A DNA stretch of 64,000 bases from positions 15,564 through 79,563 of the IMG/VR virus record IMGVR_UViG_3300025600_000004; one strand, written 5' to 3'. This document shows, one piece after another, positions 1-10,009 of the stretch (its first letter is position 1; every line of letters begins with the position of its first letter). A program made the position numbers and the translations under genes. The notes beneath the pieces were generated by a model. It saw only the letters and a list, made by a program, of their open reading frames with translations. It was not told where the DNA came from and did no database searches. Origin of the DNA: a virus (taxonomy: Duplodnaviria > Caudoviricetes).

Positions 1-10
1 ACCATTCTAT

Positions 11-592
11 ATGGTAAAGGAAGCGTTTGAATCAGCTGGATATGCCGTCGTCGATGGAGATTATAGGATTACATCTGATAAGGTTAACTATATCTGTAGC
101 AAGCATGGAATCCAAAGTATGAGCTATAGTAATTTTAGTCAAGGATATAGGTGCCCAGGGTGCAACATTGATAATCATCGAGGTTCCAAGAATCCATTTT
201 GGAAAGGCGGGGTAACTGAGTTATCAAAGCACCTTCGTAGCTTACTGTCTCCATGGGCACTACAACAACTCCAACGGACTAATTACACCTGTGAGTTAAC
301 AGGTGAACAGGGAGTCCTTAATGTTCACCATATGTATAGTTTTATCAATATTCTAAGTGACACTATGGAAGAACTAAATATGGATATCAGACCAAACATT
401 GGTGATTATTCTGAGGATGAACTTCAGTTAATCACCATTAACTTTTTAAAGAACAATGACCTTTATGCTAGACCCATAGTTTTGCTTGAGCAAATACATC
501 GGAATTTTCATAGTTTCTGTGGCGGTAATTCAAAAGATACATCACTAGAACAGCTAGAGAAATTCAAAGAATCTCTTAGGGAGGCTGTGTAG
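11..592 (+). CDS. Free-standing HNH-type homing endonuclease-like protein (frame open to window edge, may be 5'-truncated)
   Basis: CPGC zinc motif, NPFWKGG, CELTG...LNVHH...HRNFH pattern typical of phage HNH proteins. Confidence 0.65.
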   Translation: MVKEAFESAGYAVVDGDYRITSDKVNYICSKHGIQSMSYSNFSQGYRCPGCNIDNHRGSKNPFWKGGVTELSKHLRSLLSPWALQQLQRTNYTCELTGEQGVLNVHHMYSFINILSDTMEELNMDIRPNIGDYSEDELQLITINFLKNNDLYARPIVLLEQIHRNFHSFCGGNSKDTSLEQLEKFKESLREAV

Positions 593-1134
593 TGATAGAG
601 CTGGAGATTGCCAAGGTGCTGAAACTACACACAGATATCATATGCACCCGAGTAAGAGCCCGATGGGGTTCCATGAGTACCATAGTCGGCAAAGAGGAGA
701 TCCATAGCAATCTCCCAGTGATCGTTGGAACCACTATAATAGCATCTATAGAATCATCTGGGATGGCTGCGTTCATCAAGGAATTTGGCTCAGGGCATCT
801 CCTAGATCCATCATCACCATACTTTGCAGAATACAAGAATTCACCTATGTGGAATAATGCCCGCACCTCAGATGGTAATGAATTCGTAGGACGCTCCGCT
901 GGGGCAACGGTGTATAGACCAGATGGAAGTACATCGACATCCACTGGCAAAGCTGAAGGAATGCGCCTTGAGCATCAACTTGGGAATCTCCCTGCATACA
1001 AAGCATTTTCTCCGAGCCATACAATACAGCACGAGGTATCCGCAGAATTGCCTGAGATCATATTGCATCTACAGCAGGTCATTGAAGCCCATGTACTCGC
1101 AGAAATGTCGATGGAAGTCCAAATTTATATCTAA
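592..1134 (+). CDS. Putative neck/tail-completion protein
   Basis: GGAGG-GTG start, coupled to upstream stop; position just upstream of the tail genes; function by synteny only. Confidence 0.45.
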   Translation: MIELEIAKVLKLHTDIICTRVRARWGSMSTIVGKEEIHSNLPVIVGTTIIASIESSGMAAFIKEFGSGHLLDPSSPYFAEYKNSPMWNNARTSDGNEFVGRSAGATVYRPDGSTSTSTGKAEGMRLEHQLGNLPAYKAFSPSHTIQHEVSAELPEIILHLQQVIEAHVLAEMSMEVQIYI

Positions 1135-1148
1135 GGAGGCGATGCTTA

Positions 1149-1562
1149 TTGAAAGATACCTTCGACGTACTCGATGCAATCTTCACAGCATTCGTAGATG
1201 ACACAGAATTACCAGGAATCGTCGGAATCACTGATCCCACAGACATTGCATTGGCAGACACTAAGTTCCGCAGATCCTTCGCAGACTCAACCTTAGTAAC
1301 CCAAGAAGAACTGGACTTCATAGACTTCTCATTCATCCCCAGCCACAGTGAAACGCAGAATTACCTCGTCAACCGAGAAGTCCTCGAAGTCAATATCTAC
1401 ACTGCGAATGTTTTCCGAGCATCCCTAATCTGCAAAGCCATCCTCAGAATATTCAAAGCCACCTTCCCTGAAATGCAATGTACAACTCCATGTCAAGCAG
1501 GGTGTGCCGTAGTGGGCATAGTACGCTATAGTTTCCGAGGTAAAAACTTAGTAGGTTCTTAG
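1149..1562 (+). CDS. Putative tail terminator protein
   Basis: 137 aa, directly upstream of major tail gene; synteny. Confidence 0.45.
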   Translation: MKDTFDVLDAIFTAFVDDTELPGIVGITDPTDIALADTKFRRSFADSTLVTQEELDFIDFSFIPSHSETQNYLVNREVLEVNIYTANVFRASLICKAILRIFKATFPEMQCTTPCQAGCAVVGIVRYSFRGKNLVGS

Positions 1563-1660
1563 GAGTTCTTAGTGTCCGATGGATGCCGAGGGCTCCTTTA
1601 GTATATCAGCGAGGTACTCGATGAGACCTCCATAAATAAACAAAGGTAGGTAATGTAAAC

Positions 1661-2440
1661 ATGGCATTAACAGCAAATACAGAGTTAGTAATCCAAGGCG
1701 TAGGTTCTGCGAATCTCATTGGAACCGATGGCACTAAGACTCCTATGGGTAAACTCCAAGACATGACAATCGAGATTTCCACAACAATGGAGAAAATCTA
1801 TGGAGGCGACAGCATCTTCAATTTCTTCGAGTTCGTCAAAGAAAAATCAATGACATTCACATTTACATCCGCGATATTTAATATGAATATGCTTAAGTTG
1901 TCTCAGGGTTCTACGACAGGCGCAGGTGAACTATACAAAGACGAAGTTGTAACTGTGGATGGAACTACGCAACTAGGTATCCTTAGCGTAGTCACTGGAG
2001 TTACCCCTGCGGATATCATTGTATCTAAGACATCCGATGGAACCATCTTTAAGTACATGACTGGCACTGTCCCCGTGGCTACCAAGTTCACCTTCGATGC
2101 TACGACTAGTACATTGAAATTCTTCGCCACAGACGTTGCAGTAGACACTGAATTCGATGTTTCCTACGCATATACCAAGGTTGGCTTGGTGTCTCAGGAT
2201 ATCTTGACTACCTCTGTACCAGGCTTCGTGGAACTTCGGCATACATCGAATCCAACTTTGATGCCCGATGGCAACACATACATCTTGCACACCAGGGTAT
2301 ACAAAGCTCGTTGCGATGGAAAACTTAGCATCAATCACAAACGTGGTGCTGCCGAGGCTCCTAAGCTGGCGTTCAGTTCCCTCGATCCTCAACGTGCAGA
2401 CAAGAAGTTCTGCAGTATCACAATGGAATTAGTGGCATAG
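1661..2440 (+). CDS. Major tail (tube) protein
   Basis: 259 aa, T/G/V-rich beta-type sequence, followed by terminator, chaperone and tape measure. Confidence 0.8.
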   Translation: MALTANTELVIQGVGSANLIGTDGTKTPMGKLQDMTIEISTTMEKIYGGDSIFNFFEFVKEKSMTFTFTSAIFNMNMLKLSQGSTTGAGELYKDEVVTVDGTTQLGILSVVTGVTPADIIVSKTSDGTIFKYMTGTVPVATKFTFDATTSTLKFFATDVAVDTEFDVSYAYTKVGLVSQDILTTSVPGFVELRHTSNPTLMPDGNTYILHTRVYKARCDGKLSINHKRGAAEAPKLAFSSLDPQRADKKFCSITMELVA

Positions 2441-2446
2441 AACCTT

Positions 2447-2472
2447 GGAGGGCTTCGGCTCTCCTTTGTTTT
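2447..2472 (+). terminator. Rho-independent terminator after major tail gene
   Basis: GGAGGGC-TTCG-GCTCTCC hairpin followed by TTTGTTTT. Confidence 0.8.
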
Positions 2473-2538
2473 ATCTAGGTATCCAAAGACTATCCTTTGG
2501 GTGCTTAGATAAGTCAAAGAAACAGGGAGGAATTTACA

Positions 2539-2964
2539 ATGGCAACCGACACTCGTACAGAGGAATACCTAGGAACATTGGAATATGTGTTAGACAAGGA
2601 TACCAAGAAGAAACACTATGTGTATGCAATGGAGTCCAGGGATTACCTTAAAGTCCAAGCACTTTTCAAGAAGATCGATGTTGAGTATATCATAGCTAAC
2701 TACCCATGTCCTTTATTGGATGACGATGGCAACCTAGCATTAAGCGAAGCTGGCGAAGAAATCATGAGCACAGAGAAATTCGATGCTATGCAAGAGCTAC
2801 TTGAGATCGCACTGAAGGAGCCATGGAATATCACTGAGTCATGGATTACAATTCGGCAAATCGAAGAAGTCCTGCATATGTTTCAAGGACTCAGTGGACT
2901 ACTTGTAAAAAAGCGTCGTCTGGAGCAGGAGATTTTGACTTCTGGGTTCTCTGTGCAAGCCTAG
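2539..2964 (+). CDS. Tail assembly chaperone (G-like, short form)
   Basis: Between major tail and tape measure; carries A-AAA-AAG slippery site in frame. Confidence 0.85.
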   Translation: MATDTRTEEYLGTLEYVLDKDTKKKHYVYAMESRDYLKVQALFKKIDVEYIIANYPCPLLDDDGNLALSEAGEEIMSTEKFDAMQELLEIALKEPWNITESWITIRQIEEVLHMFQGLSGLLVKKRRLEQEILTSGFSVQA

Positions 2965-3137
2965 TACAAAATACTTCGATGACTCCAGATGACGTAGGCA
3001 GACTTAGCATCCCTCATATAATAGCATTGATTGATGCCTTTGGGGAGGCGAACAAAGACTCAGATAGCCAAGGAGATTCCAAGAATTCATTACACGACAG
3101 TGATGCCTTTAAGTATCTCATGGACAATCCAATGTAA
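2539..3137 (+). CDS. Tail assembly chaperone long form (GT-like) via -1 programmed frameshift at 2907-2913
   Basis: gtA AAA AAG at 2907-2913; the -1 frame stays open to 3137 (ASSGAGDFDFWVLCASL...MDNPM). Confidence 0.8.
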
Positions 3138-3151
3138 AGGACGGTGATCCA

Positions 3152-6100
3152 ATGGCAGGCGACGGTATCATACGCACATCCATCGTAGTCGATAATACCT
3201 CAGTAAAATCAATGATGCAATCCATCAAAGAACTCAAAGCAGCCGTAGCAGACCTTAAAGCCCAAGGCAAAGGCTCTGCAACGATGTTCAACGGTGAACT
3301 CGCAGGTGTCAAAGAATTACAGGGAGTCATCAAGCAACTCCAGGCTGATATGAAGGCATTGCGTAACAACGCATCCCCAGGCAAATCCAATGTCACTAAA
3401 GGCGTCAATGATGCTGTAGATGAAACCTCTGCAAAACTAAAGACTCTCCAAGCCAAAGTCAGAGAAGCAATGGTCGCTGCGGATAAAGCATGGCAGAGTG
3501 GCAGTGGATTCAAGACAGCCAAGGATAGCTTTGGTAATGCACTGAATCAACTCACGGCATTCAAAAGAGACCTTGGAACTCTATCGATTGGTCAAGAGAA
3601 ATCATTGTACTCCAACCTTCGCAGAGGACTCGATGAGGGCTCCGCATCTGCTAAGGTGCTCACTGAGCGCATCAAAGAATTAAATGCAGAAACAGCAAGG
3701 AATAAAGCCATAGACTCTCCGAAGGTCGCCAAGGTGGAAAGCATTAATTCATCACAAATAACCGATGGAATCAAACAGGCCAAGCAAAACATCCTTGCCA
3801 TTGATAGGCAAATATTTGAACAACTTCAGAAAAACAATGGCGCAGAGACTCAAAGGACAGCGGAGTTGCGTAGACAAAAGGCAGAACTGGAGTCGCAAGT
3901 CAATGCGTTGAAAACTCCAAAGACTGTTCCAAGTTACCAAGGGTACACTCAGCAAATCAGTGCAGCTAAAGCCAAAACTGAAGAACTATACCAAGTGATG
4001 TTAAGGACTAACAACGCACAATCCAAGTTGGATTTCGCCACTGCAAGGACAGGGCTTATGTCAACAATTAAGGAATCCAATGCGTTCAATGCATCACTTG
4101 GCATCGGTATAGATAGAGCTGGTGGACTTGGATCTCTTATGCAAAAGCTCCGTTCGCACACGAATTGGATCATCGCTGGTGGAATGATCAGCGCGGCCGT
4201 AGGAATTCCAATGGCGTACATTAGCACACTCAAAGAAATCGAAGTAGGCATGGCGGGTATTTCTCAGGTACTCCCTGCTGTCCATGGAAACCAAGTAGCA
4301 TTAAATCAAGTATCAAGGGAATTCGTAGGCATCGCACAGGAATACGGTGAATCCGTCAATGGAGTTATCGAAGCTGGAAAATTATGGGGACGAGCGTACA
4401 AGGATATCCCAACACTCATGGCATTCACCTCAGCATCGGCAAAGTTAGCAGTTGCAGATAACTTCGGACTCGCTGAATCTAACAAAGCCCTCGAAGCAAC
4501 ACTCGCACAATATGAATGGAGAGCAAAGTCTGCAGCGGAGGCTACTGCGTACTCAATGAGAGTCGTGGACACATGGACTGCTGTGGCACATAATGCACAA
4601 GTATCAGCGCAGGATCTTGCAATGGCGAATGAAAGAACCGCAGGTGTAGCAAGGATGGTTGGTGTGGAGTTCGAATTTCTCCAGGCGATGGTCGCTGCTG
4701 GCGTAAAAAATACTGGAAGATCGGGACAGGAAATCGGCAATACTTTGAAAACCGTCTTCGGATCAATTCATAGTGACAAAGCAGTCGGTGAAATCGAAGC
4801 CATCGGTGTAGCTATGAAAACCACTGCTGCCGATGGAACTCAGAAGTGGCGTAAAGTTCAAGATGTCATCGTTGACTTAGCCATAGCTACCAGAGCAACA
4901 ACTAAGGATGTCGAAGGATTATTCAAAGCTGCTGCGGGTGGGAAGTTCCAGTGGGCAAAGTTTTCCTCTATGCTTGACTATGATGAACTTATAAAAGTCT
5001 ATGCTATTGCAGTAAACTCCGCTGGTACAACCGAGAAACAAATTGCTATGCAAATGGATACAATCTCAAGGAAGGTCGAACAACTCAAAGCAACCATGGT
5101 GGGTCTCACGACAAATTCAGGTGGTACATTAGCTAAGTTCATCAAGGATGCTATTGATAACTTCTCAAGATTCATCAATATATTAAACAATGTTTCAACT
5201 ACGACATATACAGTGGCATCTAAGATGCTCGGTGCTGCACTGGTAGTAGCTGCGGGTGTCAAAGTATGGCAACAGCTTGGCATAGTACTGGGAATATACA
5301 GAGGTGCTCTCTTAGCATCATCCGTAGCGACCAATGTAAATACTGCATCCCAAGCATTAAACACTGGAGCTCAGATATCTGGTGCTATGGCTCAAGGTGC
5401 TAAGACTGGGGCATCAGTGGCTAACACCGTAGCAACCAATGTAAACACTGCTGCCCAAGTAAGGAATGCCATAGCTACTACGATTGCCACTGGAGGTCTT
5501 AACCTTATCATTCCAGTTCTTGCAGCATCAGCCATAGCATTAATGGGATATTCTGCGGTGACTGGGGATGCAACGAATTCCACAGATAAACTAGGTAGAT
5601 CATTGGATGACCTTGGTAAAATGCAGGAAGAAACTGGAATCAAAGAAAACCTGATCCAATCATTGAAGCAAAGGTATGACTATGTAGACACTCTTACTAA
5701 TGCACACGATAAATTGACTATAGCACTATCTAAGGAGTCTGAGGGTAGTAAAGAATACAATAAATTGCAGAAGAGTCTTGGAGCAACACAAGAACAACTC
5801 GCGAACATCGTTGGTGTCACCACTGGAGAGATAGTACAAGATGGAGTCCTTCGGATGGACTTGATTAACCAAGAGAAAACCAATATGGAAACCAAGGCAG
5901 AGGGGATCAAGAAGGAAATCTCTAATCTCAAAGTCGCACAGATAAAATACACTGAGCAATCCATACAATCTGCTCAGGATCGCATTGATGCGTTGGGAAC
6001 TGAAACTAAAGCATGGGGACTCCTTGCACAAGCTCAGATGTGGGCAATGGAACAATATGCTGGTGTTATGGATCTACAGATAGCAGCCAAGCAATTCATC

Positions 6101-7840
6101 TATGATCAAACACCAGATACTTTGAAAACTGAGGCATCAAGGGCAAGCATTCAGTCTGACAAAGATTATAGAGAGTCACTAAGAAACTACAAACCAACAT
6201 CGGTCACCGAAGAAATCAATGCTAATGCACAGAAAATCACTGACTTAGGACTCAAGAAAGCACAGATAGCAATGTCAAACATTGATTATGATACTACGAA
6301 TTCTGGGGCAACAGTGAACCCCGACGATCCTGCAAAGCCCAAAGCAGAACCAGGACTAGGAGCCAAGGACACCGCAGAATCAACAGCGGAGAAACTTGAG
6401 CTACACACTGAAAAGCGCAAGCTCGCTGAAATTCTGCATAATGCAAAGTTGGCAGACAATGTATTCTCAGAACTCATGGACAACATCAAGTCTTACGAAG
6501 AAATCCATGGTGAAGACTCGTACAGCATCTTAGAATACATGAGAACAAGGGCAGACAAAGTTAAACTCCTTAAACTTCAGAATGAAACCCTAGAGAATGA
6601 CATCGGTGGACTCGATGTTCTCATTGACGCATACATCGCCACCAATGCTGAACTTAGTGGTAAACTGGCTGGCAAGGATGCCAAAGGTAACACATTGGGA
6701 TACGGTGATATGACTAAGAATCAAAAGACTTATCAACGCACCATCAATGCTGACTTAGTATCCAATGACAGTAATCTTAGTGCATACACTGGGCTCCGTG
6801 ATAAGGCAGAGGAGAAGCAAGGCTCCAACAATGTAGAAATTACCAAGCTAAACAATGATAATGACAGGATTGCCATAGGTGACACTCAGAATCGTTCGAA
6901 GGTTCATAGTAGAAACCTAGATGCCATAAATCTACAAAGCGATTCTAAGGATGCCAATGATTTCAGTAATGATCCCTTGGTTGCTAAAGAAGCTGCACTG
7001 AGAAAATTCAGAGTTACAGCCACAGAGAACTATAGATATCTAGGTGAACTTGAAAGTAACCTTCGGAAAGCTAAGTTGATAGAGGTTAACGAGGAAGATG
7101 CATTGCTAAGGGCAGCAGCTATGGAGCAGGTTAGGATCGCACAGGAAGCCTACGACAAACAGCGACTCATCATCGACAAAGCATACAAAGAGCAAGCCAA
7201 TGCAGCCCGTGCTAAAGACATGGCAATCAGAGAATCCTGGTATTCCGTAGCTGACGATATGATTGTCAAAGGAAACACACTCCGTAGCATCGTTGATGGA
7301 TTATGGAAAGGCTTGGCATCCGATGCGCTCAAAGCCATTACTGGAGTGTCTAAGAAAGGCGAAGAAGGAACAATGTTCCAAACCCTGCAGAGGCTTATGC
7401 ATCCCAAGTCTGACAACGGAACCCAGGGTCGCGGTGGTAACATTCCCGTCAGCATCGGACGCTGGGAATTACCTCAAACTGGGACTAACTCAGACTGGCA
7501 GGGCATCTCAGATAAGTACTCTGTCAAACCTAAGACTAACTACTTCGGACTCGCAAGCCAGCTAGGGATATTCAAAGGGACTAACGTAGTGGCATCAGTA
7601 TCTCCTCGCACTACTGCGACTGCCAATGCCATCGCGGGTAAAGGCAGTAATTATGCAGGTCAACTTAGTCAGATGCAGACACAACTTGGACAGGTAGTGC
7701 AGGTCTTGACATACATGGCAAATAACAATGCTGCCAAGTCAGCCACTGGAACCAACGTGGCAGTGCTGCAACAAGGACAGTCTAATGAATCCTTTGCTAA
7801 CCAGCTTAACATAGTGAAATCCTTGGGACTGCTTGGATAA
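3152..7840 (+). CDS. Tape measure protein
   Basis: 1562 aa, Ala/Gln-rich helical, PhageMin_Tail-like segment (QEYGESVNGVIEAGKLWGRAY), central hydrophobic stretch, canonical position. Confidence 0.93.
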   Translation: MAGDGIIRTSIVVDNTSVKSMMQSIKELKAAVADLKAQGKGSATMFNGELAGVKELQGVIKQLQADMKALRNNASPGKSNVTKGVNDAVDETSAKLKTLQAKVREAMVAADKAWQSGSGFKTAKDSFGNALNQLTAFKRDLGTLSIGQEKSLYSNLRRGLDEGSASAKVLTERIKELNAETARNKAIDSPKVAKVESINSSQITDGIKQAKQNILAIDRQIFEQLQKNNGAETQRTAELRRQKAELESQVNALKTPKTVPSYQGYTQQISAAKAKTEELYQVMLRTNNAQSKLDFATARTGLMSTIKESNAFNASLGIGIDRAGGLGSLMQKLRSHTNWIIAGGMISAAVGIPMAYISTLKEIEVGMAGISQVLPAVHGNQVALNQVSREFVGIAQEYGESVNGVIEAGKLWGRAYKDIPTLMAFTSASAKLAVADNFGLAESNKALEATLAQYEWRAKSAAEATAYSMRVVDTWTAVAHNAQVSAQDLAMANERTAGVARMVGVEFEFLQAMVAAGVKNTGRSGQEIGNTLKTVFGSIHSDKAVGEIEAIGVAMKTTAADGTQKWRKVQDVIVDLAIATRATTKDVEGLFKAAAGGKFQWAKFSSMLDYDELIKVYAIAVNSAGTTEKQIAMQMDTISRKVEQLKATMVGLTTNSGGTLAKFIKDAIDNFSRFINILNNVSTTTYTVASKMLGAALVVAAGVKVWQQLGIVLGIYRGALLASSVATNVNTASQALNTGAQISGAMAQGAKTGASVANTVATNVNTAAQVRNAIATTIATGGLNLIIPVLAASAIALMGYSAVTGDATNSTDKLGRSLDDLGKMQEETGIKENLIQSLKQRYDYVDTLTNAHDKLTIALSKESEGSKEYNKLQKSLGATQEQLANIVGVTTGEIVQDGVLRMDLINQEKTNMETKAEGIKKEISNLKVAQIKYTEQSIQSAQDRIDALGTETKAWGLLAQAQMWAMEQYAGVMDLQIAAKQFIYDQTPDTLKTEASRASIQSDKDYRESLRNYKPTSVTEEINANAQKITDLGLKKAQIAMSNIDYDTTNSGATVNPDDPAKPKAEPGLGAKDTAESTAEKLELHTEKRKLAEILHNAKLADNVFSELMDNIKSYEEIHGEDSYSILEYMRTRADKVKLLKLQNETLENDIGGLDVLIDAYIATNAELSGKLAGKDAKGNTLGYGDMTKNQKTYQRTINADLVSNDSNLSAYTGLRDKAEEKQGSNNVEITKLNNDNDRIAIGDTQNRSKVHSRNLDAINLQSDSKDANDFSNDPLVAKEAALRKFRVTATENYRYLGELESNLRKAKLIEVNEEDALLRAAAMEQVRIAQEAYDKQRLIIDKAYKEQANAARAKDMAIRESWYSVADDMIVKGNTLRSIVDGLWKGLASDALKAITGVSKKGEEGTMFQTLQRLMHPKSDNGTQGRGGNIPVSIGRWELPQTGTNSDWQGISDKYSVKPKTNYFGLASQLGIFKGTNVVASVSPRTTATANAIAGKGSNYAGQLSQMQTQLGQVVQVLTYMANNNAAKSATGTNVAVLQQGQSNESFANQLNIVKSLGLLG

Positions 7841-7854
7841 ACAAAAGGAGAGCC

Positions 7855-8220
7855 TTAGTTGGCTCTCTGTAGTATTGCATCGATTGACGGTTGGTTTATT
7901 CCATCGAGCCACGCAGACTTATCCTTGGGATTGTTGATGCTTCTATGTATCATAGTCCCCTCGCTGTCAAAGCTCTCATAGGTGACACTACACCACATCT
8001 TAGTATCCTTGTTGATCATTAGTGTCATCAATGAATATCCTCCACTTTTCGTGGGACTCTTAGTTGTTGCTTTGACTACCTCATCATAATCCACAGTCAT
8101 ACTCTTGATGCTGTTGACATCCACTAATGCGTAGTCGTCTATGGGCTCCCATTGAGGTGTTGTGAAGCCGATGCTTGTCCAAAGCATCCCCAGAATCACC
8201 AAAGTCACTATGCGTTTCAT
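7855..8220 (-). CDS. Secreted/periplasmic hypothetical protein (moron, antisense to tail genes)
   Basis: GGAGG RBS, signal peptide MKRIVTLVILGMLWTSIG; opposite strand inside tail module. Confidence 0.7.
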   Translation of the reverse strand: MKRIVTLVILGMLWTSIGFTTPQWEPIDDYALVDVNSIKSMTVDYDEVVKATTKSPTKSGGYSLMTLMINKDTKMWCSVTYESFDSEGTMIHRSINNPKDKSAWLDGINQPSIDAILQRAN

Positions 8221-8379
8221 AGTTTACCCTCCGTTTCTTCCTATCATACCACAATTTACCACAGAAATGCAAGAGAGTCCATTGTACCTGCCTAAGAGGA
8301 CGCTGGTGGCACTTTGGCATTTCACTAAGCCTATCCATAGGACACCTAAGATTAAACGTAGCTGTAGCGACATACGGAG

Positions 8380-8811
8380 GTGGTTATTTCGGAGGTTTCA
8401 AAGTATACATCGATTCCCTACGTATTCAATGGCAGATCCAAGGAAGGCTGTGATTGCCTAGGACTCATCATAGAAATATTTAAGGATGAGCAGTGGAGTC
8501 CTTCGTTTGACGATGGCAAGCTCATAGAAGAACAATGGTGGGTCAAAGAAAAGTATAGGTTGCTCAGATATCTCATGAAGACAATGACACCCATAAAAAA
8601 CATAGAAGCCCTAGAACCCAATGATGTGCTTTATTTCTCCATAGGAGGCGAAGCACATCTTGGGTTCTTACTTATGTATGGCAGGGTGCTGACGACGTTT
8701 GTCCCAGGATGTAAGCATTGGGATGGCAGTGAATTCCCAAGTCGTTCAATGATCATACACAGAAATATGTGGAACCAGGGCTTCATCGCAGGGTTCCGAA
8801 GGAGGTCTTAG
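8380..8811 (+). CDS. NlpC/P60-family tail tip protein (lambda K-like); true start possibly ATT at 8386
   Basis: IPYVFNGRSKEGCDCLGL and HLG motifs; position after tape measure. Confidence 0.8.
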   Translation: MVISEVSKYTSIPYVFNGRSKEGCDCLGLIIEIFKDEQWSPSFDDGKLIEEQWWVKEKYRLLRYLMKTMTPIKNIEALEPNDVLYFSIGGEAHLGFLLMYGRVLTTFVPGCKHWDGSEFPSRSMIIHRNMWNQGFIAGFRRRS

Positions 8812-8812
8812 T

Positions 8813-9172
8813 ATCGACACGTTTAGTTGGAAAGCAAGGGGCACAGTGAAGCCTCGGACTCAAGCTATGAATACAAGGTTAGAATTCTCTGCTGGCAATG
8901 AACAAATCTTCCGTACATCTGTGAACCCAAAGGTGACCTGGGAATTCACCATTGAAGGCGTAGTGGAAACAATGAATGATATCCAGGACTTCTTTGAAGC
9001 TCACTCTGATGGAACACAGTTCTACTACATTGACTATCGAGGGGAGCAGCATAGGGTTCGCTTTGAGAAGGATGCCTTCGAACCCACTGGCAACATCGGA
9101 TGGGATCAGGATGGCTTTGGTGTCAAGGGATTCAGTGTAACCATAAATCTCAGGAAGGTGTGGAGCACATGA
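8813..9172 (+). CDS. Minor tail protein (lambda M / DUF2460-like); likely ATC start at 8813 (track uses GTG 8846)
   Basis: W..F....F..H.DG..F...RF..D pattern; GGAGG at 8801-8805 is 7 nt before ATC GAC ACG TTT AGT TGG. Confidence 0.7.
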   Translation: MDTFSWKARGTVKPRTQAMNTRLEFSAGNEQIFRTSVNPKVTWEFTIEGVVETMNDIQDFFEAHSDGTQFYYIDYRGEQHRVRFEKDAFEPTGNIGWDQDGFGVKGFSVTINLRKVWST

Positions 9173-9996
9173 TAATACTGCCTGTGATCATCAGTGATGC
9201 CAAAGACAAAGACATCGTTTTCTTCATTGAGCTCTATCGCATCCAACTCGCCTCTGGAGCCATCTACTTCAACAATAGTGACATTGACATTCCCTTCTAC
9301 ATCCAAGGGACAGAGACTCCAGTGACATACCTATCGAATCCCATTGAGCGCGGAGACCTCAAGCAGTCTGTGGATAACAGGGTAGACAACTGCACAATCA
9401 AAGTAAACAATGTCACCGATGATTTCACTAACTTACTCTTTGGCAGCTTCGACTTCCGAGGGAGTAACGTGGATATCCTGCAGATTAGTTACCCGAATTC
9501 CCTTGGAAATCCTACGGCATACAAGCACACCTTTGCGGGTTATATTGATACTCCCAGCTTAGACGAATCAACAAAGACCTTCGAAGCAACATTGAAAGCC
9601 CGAAGTCCAAACCTTGAAACATACAGAACAGTCAAGGGCACATGCAATGCCTGGTTCGGTGATACCGATGAATGCGGAGTTGCTCAGGAGTCCAAGGCAT
9701 CCACCGTACACGCTGGATCAACACAGTACACCATATATGACCCAGTAATTACAGAAGCATCGGGGCATTGGAACAATGGAGTCCTTACGATAGGCTTTGA
9801 ATCCAAGAAGATTGTGTCGTCAGCGGTAGGCTTAGTAACCGTAGAATTCCCGTTTTACTCAGTGCCAGCCGTGGGTACGGTGTATTCAATGGTGACAGGC
9901 TGCGATCATACAAAGAATGACTGTAAGAGACATAGTAATCTGACGAATTTCAGCGGATTCCCTGCAGTGGTCTTCGAATACCAAGTCAAAACTTAG
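9169..9996 (+). CDS. Tail tip protein (lambda L / DUF2163-like, Fe-S cysteines)
   Basis: CNAWFGDTDEC and GCDHTKNDC...NFSGFP motifs; ATG overlaps upstream stop. Confidence 0.85.
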   Translation: MIILPVIISDAKDKDIVFFIELYRIQLASGAIYFNNSDIDIPFYIQGTETPVTYLSNPIERGDLKQSVDNRVDNCTIKVNNVTDDFTNLLFGSFDFRGSNVDILQISYPNSLGNPTAYKHTFAGYIDTPSLDESTKTFEATLKARSPNLETYRTVKGTCNAWFGDTDECGVAQESKASTVHAGSTQYTIYDPVITEASGHWNNGVLTIGFESKKIVSSAVGLVTVEFPFYSVPAVGTVYSMVTGCDHTKNDCKRHSNLTNFSGFPAVVFEYQVKT

Positions 9997-10009
9997 GAGG
10001 TGATGAATC

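Noticed and set aside
3118-7565. Antisense and alternate-frame ORFs within the tape measure (and similar ones within dnaE, primase, int, nrdD)
   Set aside because: Shadow ORFs of long genes with no RBS or recognisable motifs
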